Source: an uncultured Acidimicrobiales bacterium (lineage in GTDB: Bacteria > Actinomycetota > Acidimicrobiia > Acidimicrobiales > JAHEJN01). From it: 64,000 bases of DNA. How positions within the stretch are numbered: the first letter of the stretch is position 1; every line of letters starts with the position of its first letter. A program made the position numbers and the translations under genes. The stretch lies in the NCBI GenBank assembly GCA_963787285.1, contig CAWBCM010000013.1, forward strand, positions 37,562 to 101,561. The letters are read 5' to 3'. Positions 60,728 to 64,000 of the stretch are shown here, piece after piece. Below the pieces are notes generated by a model, which had not been told where the DNA came from, searched no databases, and worked only from the letters and a program-made list of their open reading frames with translations.

Positions 60728-61525
60728 TCACCGGCCTCGGAAGTCCGGTCGACGCTTCTCGACGAAGCTCTGCACGCCGTCCGCGTAGTCGTCGCTGTCG
60801 TAGCACGCCGTCCAGAGCTGATCGACCCGCTCCGGCGAACGGCGGTCGTCGGGGCGAACCCGTTCGGTGAGCGCGAACTTGGCCGCACGGAGTGTGAGCG
60901 GCGCCAGTGCCGCGATCCGAGTGGTCACGTCGTCGACGGTCGCTCGGAGCTCGAGCTTGGGCACCGTGTGGTGCACCAGACCGAGCGTGGTGGCCTCGAG
61001 CGAGTCGATGACCCGGGCGGTCAGCACGAGCTCCTTGGCCGTGGCCGTGCCCACGAGATCAGCGAGCACGTCGAGGCCGTCGGGCGGGTAGCCGATGCCG
61101 AGCCGACCCGGTGGGACCGCGAAGGTCGCGTCGTCGGCCGCGTAGCGGAGGTCGGTGCAGGCGGCCAGGGCGAACCCCCCGCCGCGACAGGCACCGTGGA
61201 TCTCCGCCACGGTCGGCATCGGCGCGTCGAGCAGCGCCTCGTGGGCCTGCCCTTCCGCCTCTGCGTAGCGACGCCAGTTCGCCGCCGTGCGCAGCGTCGC
61301 GAACTCCGAGATGTCGGACCCGGAGCAGAACGCCGCCGTGCCCGCCCCCGACACCACGATCACGCGAACGCCCGCATCGACGAGCTCGGCGATGGCGAGG
61401 GGAACCGCTTCGTACATGGCGAGGCTCATGGCGTTGTGACGGCCGGGACTGTCGATCGTGAGCCGGCCGACCAGGTCTCGGACGTCGGTGAGAATCCGTC
61501 CGGGTGTCGCGACAGGAGCGTTCAT
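60728..61525 (-). CDS. enoyl-CoA hydratase/isomerase (crotonase) family protein
   Basis: Contains VIVVSGAGTAAFCSGSDISEF...AEIHGACRGGGFALAACTDLRYA. Start ATG 61523-61525. Confidence 0.88.
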   Translation of the reverse strand: MNAPVATPGRILTDVRDLVGRLTIDSPGRHNAMSLAMYEAVPLAIAELVDAGVRVIVVSGAGTAAFCSGSDISEFATLRTAANWRRYAEAEGQAHEALLDAPMPTVAEIHGACRGGGFALAACTDLRYAADDATFAVPPGRLGIGYPPDGLDVLADLVGTATAKELVLTARVIDSLEATTLGLVHHTVPKLELRATVDDVTTRIAALAPLTLRAAKFALTERVRPDDRRSPERVDQLWTACYDSDDYADGVQSFVEKRRPDFRGR

Positions 61526-61545
61526 GCCGGTCACGGTATAACGGG

Positions 61546-62967
61546 GTGGTGGCGCTCCTGACGATTCGAGCACGGACGGTACGGGGGTGGGTCGCCCTGG
61601 TCGCGACGCTCGCCGTGGTGACGGCGTCGTGTGGCGCCGAGATCCGCATCGAGATCGCGGGGCCTGTCCCACCCCGGGCCACCGTGACACCGGCGCCGAC
61701 ACCGACGCCGACACCGGCACCCGAAGCTCCGACCGTGCCCGCCGACCTGGCGGCGGAGCTCTCCCTCGCCGACACCGTCGAGCTCACCCGGCTCGACCTC
61801 GAGCGGTACTGGGCGGTGGAGCTCCCCGACCTCTACGGACTGGCCTTCACGCCGGTCGCGGAATTCCGCGGGTACCGGCCGAGCAACGCCGCATCCCTGC
61901 CGCCGTGCGACGGTGAACGCGGAGCCCCGGAGGACTACTTCGACAACGCGTTCTACTGCCCGAGCGACGACATCATCTCGTGGGACGCCGAGTTCCTGTT
62001 CCCGACGCTGTACGACACTTACGGCGACTTCGCCGTGGCGCTGGTCCTGGCCCACGAGTACGGGCATGCGATCCAGGAACGGGGCGGGGAGCTGGCGCCG
62101 ACGATCCTGCTGGAGCTGCAGGCCGATTGCTTCGCCGGCGCCTGGGCGGGAGCGCTCGCCCGCGGGGAGAGCGAACTGCTGTCGCTGGTGGAGGACGACC
62201 TCGACGAGGCCATCGGCGGGTATCTCGAGTTCCGCGACCCCATCGGCACGCCGGCCGACGATCCCCTCGCCCACGGATCGGGCTTCGATCGGATCACGGC
62301 GTTCTTCGATGGCTTCGCCACCGGCCCGGAGGTCTGCGTCGACTACGACACCGATCCACCACCCATCACCGAGATCGCCCTCGATCCCGCAGATTTCGAG
62401 ACGGGTGGCGATCTTCCCCTCGCCGAGCTCGAGCCGTTGGTTCTCGATGAGCTCGCCGAGTACTGGAGCCAGCTTCTCGGCGGCGGCTACGAGCGGCCGG
62501 CGGAGATCCGCTTCGGTCCGAACACCGAATGGCCCGCCTGTGACGGCGAGGTGTTCCCGGACGACGCGTACACCGAGTCGGCGATCTACTGCACCGCCGA
62601 CAACGCGATGCTCTGGGATGGCCGGGTGCTCGTGCCCAGCCTCTGGAACCAGGTCGGCGACGGTGCGTCGATGTACGTGCTGGCCAACCTGTCGGCGCAG
62701 TCGGCGCTGGTGCAGCGGGGTGACGATGTCACCGATCCGAGCTTCATGCTCACCGCCGACTGCCTGACCGGTGCCTTCAATGCCGACCTGTACCTCGGCA
62801 ACCTGACGCAGCTGCGCATCTCGGCCGGTGATCTCGACGAGACGCTGGTGGGACTCTCGTTGTACGAGCCGTTCCTACCCGACGCGGCCGGACGGGTCGA
62901 AGCGGCGTTGCCGGATCGGATCGCCGCGCTGCGCCGCGGCTTCGACCGAGGATTCGCTGCCTGCTGA
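61546..62967 (+). CDS. putative neutral zinc metallopeptidase-like lipoprotein (HExxH)
   Basis: Lipobox VVTASC-GAE and a Pro/Thr linker. It contains NAFYCPSDDIISWD...VALVLAHEYGHAIQER...LQADCFAGAW, with a second degenerate copy of the domain. The start is uncertain, because the ORF opens at 61504 and overlaps the divergent gene. Confidence 0.65.
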   Translation: MVALLTIRARTVRGWVALVATLAVVTASCGAEIRIEIAGPVPPRATVTPAPTPTPTPAPEAPTVPADLAAELSLADTVELTRLDLERYWAVELPDLYGLAFTPVAEFRGYRPSNAASLPPCDGERGAPEDYFDNAFYCPSDDIISWDAEFLFPTLYDTYGDFAVALVLAHEYGHAIQERGGELAPTILLELQADCFAGAWAGALARGESELLSLVEDDLDEAIGGYLEFRDPIGTPADDPLAHGSGFDRITAFFDGFATGPEVCVDYDTDPPPITEIALDPADFETGGDLPLAELEPLVLDELAEYWSQLLGGGYERPAEIRFGPNTEWPACDGEVFPDDAYTESAIYCTADNAMLWDGRVLVPSLWNQVGDGASMYVLANLSAQSALVQRGDDVTDPSFMLTADCLTGAFNADLYLGNLTQLRISAGDLDETLVGLSLYEPFLPDAAGRVEAALPDRIAALRRGFDRGFAAC

Positions 62968-62974
62968 GGCGGTG

Positions 62975-63718
62975 CTACTGGAGGCTTCCGGTCTCCCCGC
63001 CATCGACGGCGATGGCCGCACCGGTGATGAACCCGGCGTGCTGGCTGCACAGGAAGGCCACGACCGCACCGAAGTCGTCGGGTGCGCCGAGGTGACCGAC
63101 CGGAATGGCGGCCGCCGCGGCGTCGACGTTGTCGCCGACCAGGCTGAGGAGCCGGCTCGTACGGTGGCTGCCGGGCTGAATGGTGTTCACCGTGACGCCG
63201 CTTCGGGCCACTTCGAGCGCCAGTGTCTTCAAATACGACGTGACGGCCGCGCGCACGGTGTTCGACAGCACCATGTCCGACATCGGTTCGCGCACCGATT
63301 TCGAGGTGACGCCGACGATGCGACCCCACCCTCGGTCGACCATCTCGTCGATGACCTCGGTGCACATCGTCACCGCCGACTGGAGCATCAGATCGACCGC
63401 GCTTGCGAGCTCGGCGGCGCCGAGCACGCGGGCCTGGCCCCTCGGCGGGCCGCCGCTGTTGGTGACGAGGATGTCGATGCCGCCCAGGTGCTCGTGGGCT
63501 CGGGTGATGAACGACGTGGCACCGCCCAGGGTGGAGACGTCGGCTTGTATCGGATGGGCACCGGGCAGCTCTTTGGCCGCGGCGACGAGTCGATGCGGAT
63601 CGCGACCGCAGATGACGACATCGCACCCTTCGTTGACCAGTGCTTTGGCGGTGGCGAACCCGAGACCCGCCGATGATGCTGCGACGGCGGCCCGCTTGCC
63701 TGCAATACCGAGATCCAT
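62975..63718 (-). CDS. SDR family oxidoreductase
   Basis: Contains GKRAAVAASSAGLGFATAKAL (Rossmann-type), NSGGPP and YLKTLALEVARSGVTVNTIQPG. Confidence 0.88.
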   Translation of the reverse strand: MDLGIAGKRAAVAASSAGLGFATAKALVNEGCDVVICGRDPHRLVAAAKELPGAHPIQADVSTLGGATSFITRAHEHLGGIDILVTNSGGPPRGQARVLGAAELASAVDLMLQSAVTMCTEVIDEMVDRGWGRIVGVTSKSVREPMSDMVLSNTVRAAVTSYLKTLALEVARSGVTVNTIQPGSHRTSRLLSLVGDNVDAAAAAIPVGHLGAPDDFGAVVAFLCSQHAGFITGAAIAVDGGETGSLQ

Positions 63719-63727
63719 GGCCGAACC

Positions 63728-64000
63728 CTAGTGCTGTCCGGTCTCGAGCTGCTTCGACAGTGACTCGACCGCCTCGATGAACTCCTCGACCATCTCGAAG
63801 ACCACCTGCGTCGCGGTCTTGCGCTGATTCATGGTGCCGACCACCTGCCCGACGAAGTAGTTGGCCAGCTTCTCCGCGCCCGAGCCGGTGGTGTGCGCCG
63901 CACGGGCGATACGACGTTGGGCTTCGGCGGTGAGCACGGGTTGCAGCGGCATGCCGAGGGGCGCCGGCGTGTCGTTCCGGTCCCACTCGTCGGTCCACGC
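63728..64000 (-). CDS. hypothetical protein, C-terminal part (ORF continues past the window end)
   Basis: The frame is open from the window edge: AWTDEWDRNDTPAPLGMPLQPVLTAEAQRRIARAAH...LSKQLETGQH. I recognised no family. Confidence 0.3.
   Translation of the reverse strand, partial: AWTDEWDRNDTPAPLGMPLQPVLTAEAQRRIARAAHTTGSGAEKLANYFVGQVVGTMNQRKTATQVVFEMVEEFIEAVESLSKQLETGQH

Noticed and set aside
63728-63760. The C-terminus ...ETGQH of the last ORF recalls the GQYL tail of the bacterial proteasome activator Bpa/PafE.
   Set aside because: The terminal motif is not GQYL, and the preceding sequence does not resemble Bpa as I recall it. The resemblance is superficial.

Overview
This is a high-GC, actinobacterial-type chromosomal window of core genes. 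I saw no transposase, integrase, phage gene or CRISPR array. Left to right it contains:
- the 3' part of an alpha-2-macroglobulin-like gene;
- a small MarR/YceI/pirin accessory block;
- an 11-gene nuoABCDHIJKLMN operon with no nuoEFG;
- a threonine aldolase, a MidA/NDUFAF7-like methyltransferase, and convergent TetR and MMPL genes, then mscL;
- acs, followed within about 3 kb by a lysine-acetylation block (Pat-type acetyltransferase flanked by two HDAC-family deacetylases);
- the conserved cluster tRNA-Thr, tRNA-Met, tuf, [ECF sigma/anti-sigma], tRNA-Trp, secE, nusG, rplKAJL, rpoBC;
- a small CoA-transferase operon and cysS;
- a sulfatase, PHM/DBH-like copper monooxygenase and TAP-like peptidase block;
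- rpmB-rpmG and a few metabolic genes.

The most interesting observations are two independent in-frame TGA codons. Each falls exactly on a redox-active Cys of a CxxC motif: one in an AhpD/CMD-like protein (NECFY-TGA-LFAH), the other in an Rv2466c/DsbA-like protein (DPL-TGA-PWC). Both are candidate selenoproteins.

Secondary points:
- A dense indel hot-spot in nuoL-nuoM, plus isolated frameshifts in nuoH, nuoJ, nuoK, rpoC, the A2M-like gene, a PPOX-like gene and the DsbA-like gene. These are more consistent with sequence error than with decay.
- A tuf gene whose codon usage differs sharply from its neighbours.
- A lipoprotein that fuses a CxxCH motif to a PHM/DBH-type dicopper monooxygenase.

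All calls come from reading the ORF translations and the DNA by eye. No database searches were run.
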